Assembly (NCBI RefSeq): GCF_009914755.1
Contig: NC_060947.1
From: the human T2T-CHM13v2.0 reference genome, Homo sapiens
Length of the DNA stretch: 64,000 bases
Strand: one strand, 5' to 3'
The notes beneath the pieces were generated by a model. That model was not told the origin of the DNA. It worked only from the letters and a program-made list of their open reading frames with translations, and ran no database searches. Shown here piece after piece: positions 28,131 through 46,455 of this stretch (within the stretch, counting starts at the first letter, position 1; each line of letters starts with the position of its first letter). The translations under genes were made by a program, and so were the position numbers.

Positions 28131-30607
28131 AAGTGAAGGAGTATTTTTAAAGTTTGATGAACTTTTTTAAAAAAGTTCATCATAAAACAACTTAATAAAA
28201 AAGTTTGACTAATACTGTTCAAATAGAACTTTCAAACGATTTTCACGATACCTTCCTTCAAATGAAATCTTACAAGGAGTCCTAGTATATAAAACAGACA
28301 TGCTTGGAACAACTGTGCACCCCATTTCTCCCCATACTGCTGTAACTCCAGCAGCAGCCCTGGAAGTATCTTCTATGCATCTATAAAACAGTTTTCTAGT
28401 CACTGATCTAGTAAAACCTCTTATTTTACAGTTGGAAAGCAATGGCTCAGAGCCAGTGAGTAGCTGAACTATCCTCAAACCCAAGTTATCTACATTCGAA
28501 GCTTAGATATTTTATGTATTTTAAAAAAATGTAACAAAGACTAGACTATAACAAGATACTATTTGGTCCCCATGGCTCAGTCTACCCTTTAATAAATCAT
28601 TGAAAAATGCATGTTTGATACATAATTTTTTTTTGCCTTGTGTTTTTTAGACACTATTTTCAACCCCTCATTTTTCAAGTTTGTGGCACAATTCTCCTAT
28701 GTGTGTCTTCTCTTTTTCCTAAGAGACTTAGGTAATAAAAAGACTAGAGTAAAACTTCAGTATCATAGAAAGCAAAGGAAAAGCAAACTTGATTAAGTAA
28801 AATGTATTAATTTTATGAGATTTTAAAAGAAATAGTGTTATTACTATTAAAACTTGAGATATGGTATAAATGAGCAAAATGAGTAAAATAAGTATAAACG
28901 GTGATAAATTCATTTTCAGGGTTACCACAAGCCCAAATCTTCTTTACTGTACAAGAATGAATTACTACATTCAGAAGTAATAAGGAAGATGAATATGGCT
29001 TTAATTTTTTGAGACTGATGTTTGCAAGCTTGATTATCTAGAAATATATCTACATAGATTATACGGTGCTTAACATAATTCATTTTGAAAAATTGAATTC
29101 AAAGACAGTACCTGTGTTTCATCTAAATAAATACATATGACTGCTTGACACTTCTGATTCTTTCTTATTCAACAAGTTATTTTGATGTCTATTGAAATTA
29201 CCTTAATTTTTTGTGGTAATTATAAAATATCCAAGAAGTCTCTCCCCAACACAGTGTCATCCTCAGCTTAACTCTGCAAACAGAAAATTATGCCATCCCA
29301 TATGTTTCCGGTTTATTACATCAGTTTTGACTTGAAATCTTCAGCTCTGTCTATAGAACGAAACTTAATAGGTCACTTAGATCAATATTGACAGTCAAAT
29401 TTGCTAATCCCATTGCGTGTACAAGTTGCTCACAGGTAATTGGATGTATACATAGAAAACATTCCCCAGCCCCTAGGCAACTATGTCCTGCCTGTTCCTT
29501 AGTTTTATGTGTGCACTTACCTCTCTGATCTGCTATTGTGTTCCTCCTTGCACACTCTACTCTAGGGTCATTGGCCTACACTGCACTTTAATTCTTTTAA
29601 CCTGCCAGCTTCCTTCCTGCTTCGAGGCATTTGCACTGGCTTCGCCTCTGCCTGGAATACATTTCCCCCAGATATATTACATGGCTCACTCACTTTTTTC
29701 AGGTCTTTTCCTAATGTCTCGTTGTCAGTAAGTTCAACTCTTACCATTATCCTTTTTTTCCTTTATTTGGACTTACTTATCATAAAGCGTGCTATATAAT
29801 TTATTTCTTTGTTTTATTTTGTATTGTGCATCCCAAATATAATTCATGCAAAGACAGGATTTTTTTTTCCGAAGGAATAAATAAATCTTGATTTCAAATA
29901 TGATAAAATATAAAAATAAATTTTTTAGTATTAAAAGCTATAGTAATATAAGATCATGGGACCTTCTATTTATGGAAGATTGTAGTTTAGAAAATAATAA
30001 TATAGGAAGAAGATAACAGCAATTGTATACATAACAATATTTTAAATGATTATGTTAACAAAGAGAGAAGGAAAATGTAAATAAATTCAGAGAATTCGGT
30101 GCAATTAAATCAAACTCATTTTGTGAAATAAGACTCAACAGGGAAACTACCTGCATGATCCTTTCTGTGATGAACTGAATTTTCATCATCTATGGTGCTG
30201 GCTGGTCCTCAGAATCAGAAATAAGTCTAGTGTTAATAGAAATACTTTATCTTCCTTGCAAGTGAAATGTGAATGTTACAGACAATAGCAAACCCGTGTT
30301 TTAAAATGTATTGTGTATTATCAGCCTAGTAGCAGCATTTAAATTCAATTCACAAAACCACTTTAGATCAAGGCAGCATAAAAAAGGAATCTGTCAATCC
30401 CAACGCTTAGAAGCAACCAAAATTACATTTTGCTGTGCACTCCAAATTTTAAGGTGGCTGCATGCAGTTTAATAAGCTAAGTATATTATCCTTAAAGTAA
30501 CTTTTTATATGGTGTTAATTATTTGTAAATATGCTAGTCTTCTCAAATAAATAGAATTCTCTTATCCTCTTTTTATTTCCCAATCTTGATAAATTCTGGG
30601 ACATTAA

Positions 30608-30671
30608 TTACATACATGTGTGTGTTTGTGTGTGTATGTGTGTGTTTGTGTGTGTATGTGTGTGTGTGTGT
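30608..30671. repeat. Imperfect (TG)n
   Basis: Read directly. Confidence 0.9.
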
Positions 30672-30791
30672 AATAGAAAAATGGCAAACTGTCTTTACCC
30701 TTGAGATTACGCTCATGTATTCTGTTCCTACCGTACACTCTGAGAAGCACATTAAAGTAAAGTAACTTGCTTTCAAAATGTTACTCTGCCT

Positions 30792-30905
30792 TATGTTGAA
30801 TAAAAGTGGTGAAAGTGGGCATCTTGTGTTGTTCCAGTTCTCAGTGGGGGAATGCATTCAACTTTTCCCCATTCAGGTTAATGTTGGCTGTGGGTTTGTC
30901 ATAGA
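30792..30905 (-). mobile_element. Isolated L1 (L1PB-like) ORF2 RT fragment
   Basis: Translates to ..[12 protein letters not shown]; no tail or TSD. Confidence 0.8.
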
Positions 30906-31827
30906 CGTCTTAAATATGATTCTGATAAAAGGTGCAAAAGAACACTTACAAATATAGACAAGGTCATCGCCAACAAATAGAGAGTAAAAACTGAGAGTCA
31001 AGTAGGAAAATTGTAAAATTCATATAAAGCATTTCTTTCAATGAAGACAAGCAGCTGCTCTCAGGAACAGATTCTATTTCCAAGTGGCAGAAGGGCTACT
31101 GTTCTAATAATGTTAACACATGGCCTGGAGAACCTCAAATAAAAACTATTACCTCAGAGAAGGAGCTGTAAAATTAAAGGGCCAATCAAACTGTATTTGC
31201 TTGAAAAGACAATCACAAAATGTGCATAAATAAACCCCTAACCAAGTAGCTTAGCCACAGTTGGCTGTCAATAAGAAAATGTAGAATGAAGCCAAGCACT
31301 GGATTCGATGTCTTACCATGTGAGTAGTGTGCTCACTTGTGATAAGCACCTGTTCTTCTTGCCTGCTTCATTCACCCATCTCCTTCCTATTTTGTATTTT
31401 TAAAATATTATATTAACTCACCATTTTTTAAACTGATTGATTGATTCCACTTCTCCCTTCTTCCACGCTCTCATCTTATAATCTCTCTCCTTTCTTCCAT
31501 TATTCTTCTGAAATCCAAATATGACCTCACATATACCCTGATTTAATCATTCAGAGACTCCTTGCTGACATTCAGTCATTCAATGACTCCTTGCTCCTGA
31601 GACAGGGATTTTAATTTGCTTTGTTTTCAGTTGCATCTTCAGTGCCTAAAAATGTGCTTGCACTCAAAAGGCATTGAACAACTTTATTGAATGAGTAAAC
31701 CAAATTTTTGCCATGGTAACAAATTATTTTCCACATTGCCAGACAATGCTCTTCACAACCTAGCCTGAAACCACCTTTCCTGGCTCTTTTTTTGGAATTC
31801 CTTCTGTCAAATACACTCTATGCCTGA

Positions 31828-32209
<382 letters not shown>

Positions 32210-32224
32210 CTGGTCTTTCTAATA

Positions 32225-32442
32225 CAGCCAGTAAGGAGAGATTCTACAGTTAATTGAGTAGCAAGATGCAGTCCTACGTGACGTGACATAATCATGGGAG
32301 TGACAGCCTATCATCTTTACTGATGTTCTATTGGTTAGAAGTAAGTTATAGGTCCCACATATACTCAAAGGGAGAAGATTCCAGAAAGGTACAACTACCA
32401 GGAGGTAGCGATTAGGGGGATACCTTAGAGTCTGTTTACAGC
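32225..32442 (-). mobile_element. MLT1 LTR fragment
   Basis: ttctattggttagaagtaagttataggtcccac..actcaaaggg. Confidence 0.6.
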
Positions 32443-33398
32443 ACTATCATTGCAGCTGGCTGAATGACGATTTCATTTATTAAGGTGAAGGTCAAATGAG
32501 GATAGAGTTTGAAGATCATGAATTCTGTAATAAGCATCTTGTATTTAAGGAGCCCTTGAGACATACATTTGCATATGTAGAGTAGAAAGCTGGATACATA
32601 GATGTGAAAATTGGAACAGAAGTTTGAGCTGATGAAATAAATTTTAAAAAATTGTTGGCATATATTGGCAGTTGAAGTATGAGAGTAGAAGAGATCATGG
32701 AGAAGGAGGGAGTCATAATCCCCCAAAACATCATTTCATAATCCCCGAAAACGTATTTAAGAGCCCAGAAAGAGAGAAATATTTATATAACAAATATATT
32801 TTCACTGCCTATTATGTGTCACACATTGTTTCGGGTGTTACCTTGTTTATGTGTCTGAAGCTCACATGAGGTATCTGAGTTGGGATAATAAACAGTCTGT
32901 GAACACTATTTAGACAGAGGCACTGTAACTAAGCATATAGCACAACTGTGTGCAGGGAATAGGTGTTAAATTTACTATGAGCTAAGGAATTACCCTAATT
33001 TACCTGCTATAAACATATGCAAACACACACTCACTCATACATACTAGTCCCAGGAATAGAAGGCTACAGTGTTCTGAACTGTGATTCTTCCTCATACATC
33101 TTGGGACATTTTTATAGACAGTTTTCAGATTACAGAATTAACCTTTAAGGTTTAACCAAATGGCAGGATTCATATTTCAAGGAATAAAACAAACAGTGCT
33201 ATAGAATCAATAAAATAACACTATAGCAAACATAAAAAAAATCCCACTTCCAATACAGGCTTTGTGCAAACAGATTTTTTTTCTGATTTTCTATAACTTG
33301 TGGGGTGGTAAAATTCAATATGTAATTAGAAATCAATGGTTCCTCTTAAAGTTATACACACATTGAAGGACATTTTTGTTACTTAACTAGAAAATGGA

Positions 33399-34964
33399 TG
33401 GAGGCATCACGCTACCTGACTTCAAACTATCCTACAAGGCTACAGTAACCAAAACAGCATGTTACTGGTACCATAACAGAGATATAGACCAATGGAACAG
33501 AACAGAACCCTCAGAAATAATGCCACATATCTACAACTATCTGATCTTTGACAAGCCTGACAAAACCAAGAAATGGGGAAACGATTCCCTATTTAATAAA
33601 TGGTGCTGGGAAAACTGGCTAGCCATATGTAGAAAGCTGAAACTGGATCCCTTCCTTACACCTGATACGAAAATTAATTCAAGATGGATTAAAGACTTAA
33701 ATGTTAGACCTAAAGCCATAAAAACCCTAGATGAAAACCTAGGCAATACCTTTCAGGACATAGGCATGGGCAAGCACTTCATGTCTAAAACACCAAAAGC
33801 AATGGCAACAAAAGCCAAAATTGACAAATGGGATCTAATTAAACTAAAGAGCTTCAGCACAGCAAAAGAAACTACCATCAGAGTGAACAGGCAACCTACA
33901 GAATGGGAGAAAATTTTTGCAATCTACTCATCTGACAAAGGGCTAATATCCAGAATCTACAATGAACTCAAACACATTTACAAGAAAAAAACAACCCCAT
34001 CAAAAAGTGGGCGAAGGATATGAACAGACACTTCTCAAAAGAAGACATTTATGCAGCCAAAAGACATATAAAAAAGTGCTCATCATCACTGGCCATCAGA
34101 GAAATGCAAATCAAAACCACAGTGAGATACCGTCTCACACCAGTTAGAATGGCGATCATTAAAAAGTCAGGAAACAACAGGTGCTGGAGAGGATGTGGAG
34201 ACATAGGAACACTTTTACACTGTTGGTGGGAGTGTAAACTAGTTCAACCATTGTGGAAGTCAGTGTGGCGATTCCTCAGGGATCTAGAACTAGAAATACC
34301 ATTTGACCCAGCCATCCCATTACTGGGTATATACCCAAAGGACTATAAATCATGCTGCTATAAAGACACATGCACACGTATGGTTATTGGGGCACTATTC
34401 ACAATAGCAAAGACTTGGAACCAAGCCAAATGTCCAACAACGATAGACTGGATTAAGAAAATGTGGCACATATACACCATGGAATACTGTGCGGCCATAA
34501 AAAAGGATGAGTTCATGTCCTTTGCAGGGACATGGATGAAGCTGGAAATCATCATTCTCAGCAAACTATGGCAAGGACAAAAAACCAAACACCGCATGTT
34601 CTCACTCATAGGTGGGAATTGAACAATGAGAACACATGGACACAGGAAGGGGAACATCACACACCAGGGCCTGTTGTGGGGTGGGGGGAGGGGGGAGGGA
34701 TAGCATTAGCAGATTTACCTAATGTCAAATGACGAGTTAATGGGTGCAGCACACCAACACGGCACATGTATACATATGTAACTAACCTGCACATTGTGCA
34801 CATGTACCCTAAAACTTAAAGTATAATAAAAAATAATAAAAAAAAGAAAGGAAAAAGGAAGCGAGGGAGGGAGGGGCACAGGAGGGATGGAGAGAGGGGA
34901 AAGAAAGACAGTGAGCCTCTTGAAATAAAGGACCATGTATTATTCACTTAAAAAAAAAAAAAAA
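33399..34964 (+). mobile_element. 5'-truncated L1PA3/4-like element with 3' transduction
   Basis: ORF2 C-terminus (ORFs 33394-34023 and 34020-34622), 3'UTR, tail, non-L1 34861-34949, second poly-A; TSD agaaaatggatg at 33389 and 34965. Confidence 0.95.
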
Positions 34965-36797
34965 AGAAAATGGATGTAGCTTCCTAAGCAGTAACTACCT
35001 AGAGTTTAAAGAACGAAGGACTTAAGTTTTCTTGCTTAGGTCTTGCATTGAAAATGTTTCTGAAAGCAATACATATGCTCAAGAAAATGCACTTATAAGT
35101 AATTCTTGATAAGTCAAAAAATACAATATAAAAGAGGCAGCTATGCTAGAAACATGCTTTCATTCATTATGCTTTAGGTACTGTATTTGAGAAAAGTAGG
35201 TTCAATATTTTGTACGTCTCTGAGAAAAAGGCAAATGAAAAATTACCATTGTGTATAAGAATGTTCATTCCTAAGGCATAAAGGCTTAGAGAAGGCAAAC
35301 GAAACTTGCAGAGCAATAACTCATAAGTAAGTGAAAGAATAAGCCACAGAAGTATAAATAACATGAGCTTTTTCTGCATTGAAATAATGAGGTTTTATGG
35401 AATCCAGACCTTGTCACTTCACCCTGCTCAAATGAGGTCGATTATATGTAAATAGATGCAGCATAATAATGAAAGATTGTACTTGGCAACTTTTCTGGAA
35501 TAAAAGCTGAGTCTTAATAACTTCATGTAGCTCTCAGTTGAAAATACCACTATACTATATGTTCCTCCCTATCAAATGAAATGCAATATATATTTAAAAA
35601 GTAAATAACCCTTTCAAATTCATAATGTTTTGCCTAGCACTTCATGAACAGTTTTTTTCATCAAATTAAACAGAAATTATATTTGTCTTAGTTCTATACA
35701 GAACATTTGGAAAGTTGGTTTGTTGACACCGAGGATGTGAGCATCCATGAAATACCTCCTCCTCTTTAAATTAGGCTCAGTTCTATTGCTTTCTTTTCTG
35801 TCTAAAATCTATCTCTTTAAGTCTCCACTGTTCCTTTTTTTCTTTCATCAAGAAGCAGGTGAATTTATTCTGGAGCCATTTCTCCCCACAAAGACATAAC
35901 AGTTTAACCAATGTACAAGAACGATAGCATAGATGTCAAGACAAAGAAGAGAGAATAACGAAGCCAAGCAGAGATGCAGATGTTAGAACACTGGTTGCCC
36001 AAGTTCACTGGCCATACTTTTAAAATGTCAATCACAATCTACTGTAGATTTTGTAGGTATCTCTAAACAGCTAAAGATAAAATTAATTTTATAAATTAAT
36101 ATTCCAGAAGTCCTCATCTGACTGAAACTCTGGAAAAAAGGTAGATGAAAGGACAAGTACAAATAGATGTAGTGAGATAAGTTTTTTGTTATGATTTTAG
36201 GGCATTCACAACTCTCTAGAAAAGAATATATCAATGACAAATTAGAGGAATAATACATCATAGTACTTTCATTTCAAAATTTTACTCTCATATTGGGCAC
36301 TAAACTGTGAGTTCATAATTTTCAGTCACTAGAAGAGTCTTCCTTAAAAGAAAAGATACATGGGAAAATGCAGTGTGTCTGTAAAGCACTGCAGATCTGA
36401 TTATTACTACCGCAGGCTGGCTGGAGAGCTAAGACATGAACATAGATAATGGATCTAAGAATGTGATCAGTCATATGAGAAAGGTGCCAAGAAATGCTAT
36501 GAAAAGACAGGAAAATGGGAGAATTTTATGAGACTTTCAAAACTTACTATAAGACTTATGTCTCATATGATGTTGTAGAAATGAGGATAACAGCCTTACA
36601 GAGGGAGAGAACGTTATGAGCAACGGTAGTAAGGTTCAAATGCTTATGCCTCAAACTATTCATTGTGGTTTAAGCACAAATGATGAGTACTGGGAAGTAA
36701 TAGAAGGCAAAGGATACGAAGGCAGTTTCAGGTTAAACTATAATTTAAATCAAATTTTTACCATTTTGCAGCAGAGTGACCTTGGGCAATACCTTAA

Positions 36798-36838
36798 TGT
36801 ATTAGTCAGGGTTCTCTAGGGGGACAGAATAGGATAGA

Positions 36839-36925
<87 letters not shown>

Positions 36926-37459
36926 TCACTCATACAGACTAGTCCTAGGAATAGAAGGCTCCAGTGTTCTAAATGTATTAAGGAGTATTGGCTCACACGA
37001 TCACAAGGTGAAGTCCCACAGTAGGTGATCTGCAAGCTGAGGAACAAGGAGGCCAGTCCAAGTCCCAAAACCTCAAAAGTAGAGAAACTGACAGTGCAGT
37101 CTTCAGTCTGTGGTTGAAGGCCCAAAAGTCCCTGGAAAACCACTGGTGTAGGTCCAAGATTCCAAAAGCTGAAGAACTTGGAGTCTGATGTTTGAGGGCA
37201 GGAAGCATCCAGCATGGGAGAAAGATGAAGGCTGGAAGACTCAGCAAGTCAAGTCCTTCCAACTTCTTCTGCCTGATTTATTCTAGCCACACTGGCAGCT
37301 GCTTATAGGGTGCCCATCCAGATGCAGGGTGGGTCTGCCTCTTCCAGTCCACTGGCACAAATGTTAATCTCCTGTGGCAACACCCTCACAGACACACCCA
37401 GGAGTGATACTTTGCATCCTTCAATCCAATCAAGTTGATACTTCATATTAACCATCACA
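36798..37459 (-). mobile_element. MLT2A2-like solo LTR (HERV-L) inserted in a MIR, with (TA)n/(CA)n tract
   Basis: tgtattagtcagggttctctag..attaaccatcaca termini. Confidence 0.92.
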
Positions 37460-38871
37460 CTTGTTTTATCTGAGAATCAATTTTCTCATCTTTAAAATGG
37501 GAGTAAAATGATTACTTTAAGATTACCACAAGGAAAGCGTATGATGAGCCTAGCTTAATTTTTGTATATAATAGGCAGTGAACAAGGTAATGCCTATTAC
37601 TTTAGGTTTCCGTGCTGAAACAATAATGTACAAAAAGTTATAATATATACAGATGCAACCTGCTTGGCAAAATAGATGTAAATCTGAAAATTTCTATGTA
37701 TGTCTACATTTTTGTAACCAATACTGTATTTAAAGGTACTCTTGTGAAGCAGTATTTAAAGTAACACTATAGATAAGCCTATAGTATTACTTTATAGTAC
37801 CATACATCGGCCTATAGTGAAGTATAGAATAACTTCCCTCCTTCTATTTTTCCCATTTCATAAATCCAGATTGTTAAATATCATGTGTACTTAATGTTGG
37901 GTATACCTATATAAACTTGCCTTACAAACAAACTTTGAAGTCAGAGAGATGTATATAAGCCAAAGGTCTTACAGCCTAGAATTGCTTACTTGTGAGAGAT
38001 GTGTGATCAAAGGGTCAGTCTTTACCACCAGGAATACCTCATTGGCCATCAGAGAAATCTAAAAGGCATGGGACAATCTGAATTTTTACACTTCCATATC
38101 AGTGGCAGGAGAAGGGACAGATTATCAGACATGGCATGGTATATGTTCAGTTTTTCATTATAATGGCAAAGTGAATTTTTTACATTTGCATATGGAAAGA
38201 AATCAGAAGAACCCAGTAAACTGCCTGGATTTAAATTTGTAAAATCAGTTTACAAATATGTTTAATATGTCCCTTATAGTCACTGTGAAAAGAAGGTTTA
38301 TGAAAGTATGTTAAATGAAGTTTCTCGAATTCTGGCAAAATTGAAATCTATAGGCGGTGAATCACAGGGTGTGTCAGAGCCACCAGTTGACTCTGAGAAT
38401 TAAACATGGCAGCACTACACTCTGATCTCATTTGCAACTTGACTTTCTTGACAGAAACTATACTGGGGGATGACAGGTTGTAGAAATGAGACTAACTTGG
38501 TGTTTAATTTCTGAGTAAATGAAAGACAAATGTGGGCTTGAGGAGAATAATGCTAAAAGGACACCTCCAATTTATGTTGGGTAGGAAGGGCATATATTGG
38601 TATTTTCATTTTACAAACAAAAGCAAAGTTCAGAGTAGTTAACTTTTCTATGGTCACACAGCTATTAAGTTGTACATCTATCCCAGTTATTATTGCTGTG
38701 ACGTAAACCACCTGAAAATCAAGTGGCTTAAAACCACAACTATTTAATTACATCTTATGTATTACGTGGTGAAGTAACTTGAGAGTGGTCAGCAGGATGA
38801 TTCTTCTGCTCCTCATAACATTGACTGAGGTCACTTTGTGGTACCTACCTGATGGATGGAATAGTCTAGAA

Positions 38872-39062
38872 CAGGGGTGTCCAACCTTTTGGCTTCCCTG
38901 GGCCACATTGGAAGAATTGTCTTGGGCCACACATAAAATTCACTAACACTAACGATAGCCAATGAGCTAAAAAAAACAAATCTGATAATGTTTTAAGAAA
39001 GTTTACAAATTTGTGTTGAGCCACATTCAAAGACATCCTGGGCCGTGGCTTAGAAAAGCTTG
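38872..39062. mobile_element. MER30 (hAT-Charlie MITE)
   Basis: caggggtgtccaaccttttggcttccctgggccacattgg; 8-bp TSD gtctagaa/gtctagag. Confidence 0.9.
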
Positions 39063-39292
39063 GTCTAGAGAGTCCAAGGCTGCTCTACTCATGTGTCTGA
39101 CACCTTGGAGAGGATGACTGGAAGAAGGCTGGTATCAGGTAGGGCTTTTTACCAAAGTGTCTATATGTAGCCTCTCCAACATGGTAACTTCAGGGAAGTC
39201 AGACTTCTTAGATGGTAGCTGGCTTCCCCCAGAGAAAGTGCTCCAAGAGAACCAGGAAGAAGTTGTTTGACCTTTTCTAGCATTGTCTACCT

Positions 39293-39660
39293 CAGCGGTC
39301 CCCAACCTTTTTGGCACCAGGGACCAGTTTCGTGGAAGACAATATTTCCCTGGATTAGTTGTGGGGAGGTGGGTAGGGGTAGGGGTAGGAGGCTGGGGAT
39401 GGTTTCAGGATGAAACGGTTCCACCTCACATCATCAGGCATTAGATACTCATAAGGAGCACACAACCTAGATCCCTTACATGCACAATTTACAATAAGGT
39501 TCATGCTCCTCTGAGAATCTATTGCCACTACTCATCTGACAGGAGGTGGAGCTCAGGCAGTAATGCTCACTTGCCAGCCACTCACCTCCTGCCATGCAGC
39601 CTAGTTCCTAACAGGCCAAAGATAGGCACTGGTCCACAGCCTGGGGCTTGTGGACCCCTG
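39293..39660. mobile_element. MER1B (hAT-Charlie)
   Basis: cagcggtccccaacctttttggcaccaggg..ggacccctg; 8-bp TSD gtctacct/gtctaccc. Confidence 0.9.
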
Positions 39661-41347
39661 GTCTACCCACTTTTCAGTTAGACTTTACCCCTTGACTAGG
39701 GTGTGTCAAAATCAAATTATAAAAGAAATGTTTTTGGGGACCTTCTTTAGGAAATGCAATGTGTTGTTAATGCCATGACTAAAAATAGGGTCTCATGACT
39801 ATTAGATTTTCCTAGTTTCTGCTAAATCTCTCTGCTTCATATATATGCAAGTGCGTGCCCAAAGACATACACATGGACATATACAATGACAAACACAGGT
39901 ACACACAGTATAAGTTAGAATGTAAACTCTAATGTATTTTATTTTTTCTATTTTTGTTTTCTATTTTTGACAGTATATTGTCTATTTCCTATTTTTTTCA
40001 TTATTGTACTCCCTCAGAAATTAGCATGGTAGGGGCTCAATGCATATTTATGATGTGAGTGGATGAATAAAGATGTGAATATCAAATGTAAGGAAAGTAT
40101 CCTTAGTATATAACTTCAGTTTTCTGCATAAAAGATGATCAAGGAAATTTGTATTTTGATTAATTTAATTATAGCTATTTTATTTGCATTTTAGAAAATA
40201 GTTTGGCTAGTCTTGATTGATACTTCCATGCAATAATAAATAGAAATAATTTGTAATTCTAGAAAATAAAAAATGATTTAGTTTTTCTGTATTCAAATAG
40301 TCCTAGGATGAAATCTAGGCATGGGTGCATTTACAAGGTAAAATTTTGATGAGTACCTTCTATGTCCTTGAATAAATTGCTGCATCACAAAGTAACAATT
40401 TTGCAGCTTACCATATCTTTTTCTTCAAAGATATGTTAAGTGTCCGTCTACGCTATGAAGCCCTCTATGGATTCCCGGAATTGTAACAATCTACCTTTCC
40501 CTTTGTGCTTGGTTTGCATGTTATGATTTCACAATACATAGTGTTTCACTTTGTAATAATTTTAAAGTTATCTCTTAAACTACATGAGAAATACCCTGAA
40601 GATAGTCTGGCTTAATTCATGGTAAGAGGAAAAATATATCCTGTCTTCACTTATAAATATTTTTTCTTAGACCGAAAGAAAATCAATTTTTATACTAAAA
40701 GTAAATCATGGACTGGGGGCAATACTGAAACAATTTTCAATACAGAGATCTGTTTTAGGGGAGAATTTGTCATGTGTGGTGAAAGGCATGTTTTCTAGGA
40801 GGAATAATTAAACTTGGCCTACATTGAAAATGCATGTTCTTATACCCAAGAAAAAAAATGTCACTTTCACAAATGAGCGATGATCTGAAGTCCTTCAAAC
40901 ACACTAGAAAAACTCAGCTTCAAAAAACCACACATAAACAATGAGTAAGTTTCTTGATTAATTCGCTGTTACTATGTTCTTTGAGGCTTATAATTCACCC
41001 AGATGAAGTGCCTCTGAGTCAAACAAACTCTTTGTTCACAACTAATTTTGACCCCTGGTTTACAGTCATCACTTTGTTTTTAAGATAAAATGAAAACTGT
41101 AGTTCTTAATCATTTTATGACACTGAAAACATTTGATAACATGATCCCAAATTTCTGAGCTTTGAATTATTTTTAATATCCAGAGGGAACACAGCTTGGG
41201 ACAGAGAGGTGATTTTTGCATTCATGATCTCCAACCCCTGATTTTCCAGATAGGGAAACCAACTCAAAGAGAAGGGGAACATATAAGTACATATATGGAC
41301 ACACACACACACACATACACAGACACACATGCACACATGCACACACA

Positions 41348-41662
41348 TTGGATGAGTATCCATTATCCAAAATGCGTAGGTTCGGAACTGTTTTGGATTT
41401 AATTTATTTGAATTTTTGAATACTTTCATATACATACTGACATATTTTGAAGAAGGAACCCAATTTTAATAGCTTGAAGGTCATTTTATACAATATGTCT
41501 GATAATTTTGTGCATGAGACAAAGTTTTGATAGCATTTTGACTGTAACCCATTACATGAGGTCAGGTGTGAAATTTTCCTGTTTTGTCATGTTGACACTC
41601 AAAAAGTTTTGAATTTTGAAGCTTTCAAATTTAAGATTTTTGGATTAAGGATGCTCTATCTG
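41348..41662. mobile_element. Tigger4b-like MITE
   Basis: gatgagtatccattatccaaaatgc..ggatgctctatctg degenerate TIRs. Confidence 0.8.
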
Positions 41663-42521
41663 TATACAGGCATACCTCATGTAATTGTGTTTTGACTTAT
41701 GGTGCTTTGCAGATTTTGCATTTTTACAAATGAAAAGTTTGTAGCAATCCTGGGTTCAGCAAATCTATTGGCACCAATTTTTTTTTTTTCGACAGCATGT
41801 GCTCACTTCAAGTCTCTGTGTCACAACATTTTGGTAATGCTGGTGATATTTCAACCTTTTTTATTATTATTATATCTGTTATGGTGATCTGTGATTACTG
41901 ATCTTTTCATGTGATGCTTGTAATTGTTTTACGGCCTCATGAACTGCACCTATAGAAGATGTTGAACTTAATCATATAAGATGGTGAACTTAAATAGATA
42001 GATGTTGTGTGTTTTCTTACTGCTCCACCAACCAATTGTTCCTCCATCTCTTTACCTCTCCTCAAGTCTCTATATTCCCTGACACACAACAGTATTGAAA
42101 GTAAGCTAATTAAAAACCCTACAATGGCCTCTAAGCATTCAAGTGAGAGTTTCACCTTTCTTTAACTCAAAAGCTAGAAATAATTAAGCTTAGTGAGAAA
42201 GGCATGTGAAAAGCTGAACTAGGCTGAAACCTAGACCTCTTGTGCCAGTTAGCCAAATTGTGAATGCAAATGACAGGTTCCTGAATAAAATTAAAACTAC
42301 TACCACAGTGAACAAAAACATGATAAGAGAGCTAAACCACCTATTGCTGATATGAAAAAAGTTTTGGTTATCTGCAGAAGATCAAATCAGCCAGAACATT
42401 CCCTTAAGCCAAAACCTAGTCCACATCAAGATCATAACTCTCTTCAATTCTAGGAAGGCTGAGAGAGGTGAGGAGGCTGTGGAAGGAAAGTTTTAAGCCA
42501 GCAGGGGTTAGTTCATGAGGT

Positions 42522-46455
<3,934 letters not shown>

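Larger units (their letters stand above)
38680..39720 (-). mobile_element. Old MLT1 LTR interrupted by MER30 and MER1B
   Basis: ttattattgctgtg..aaaccacc..aagtggcttaaaacc; ctggcttcccccagag. Confidence 0.65.
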
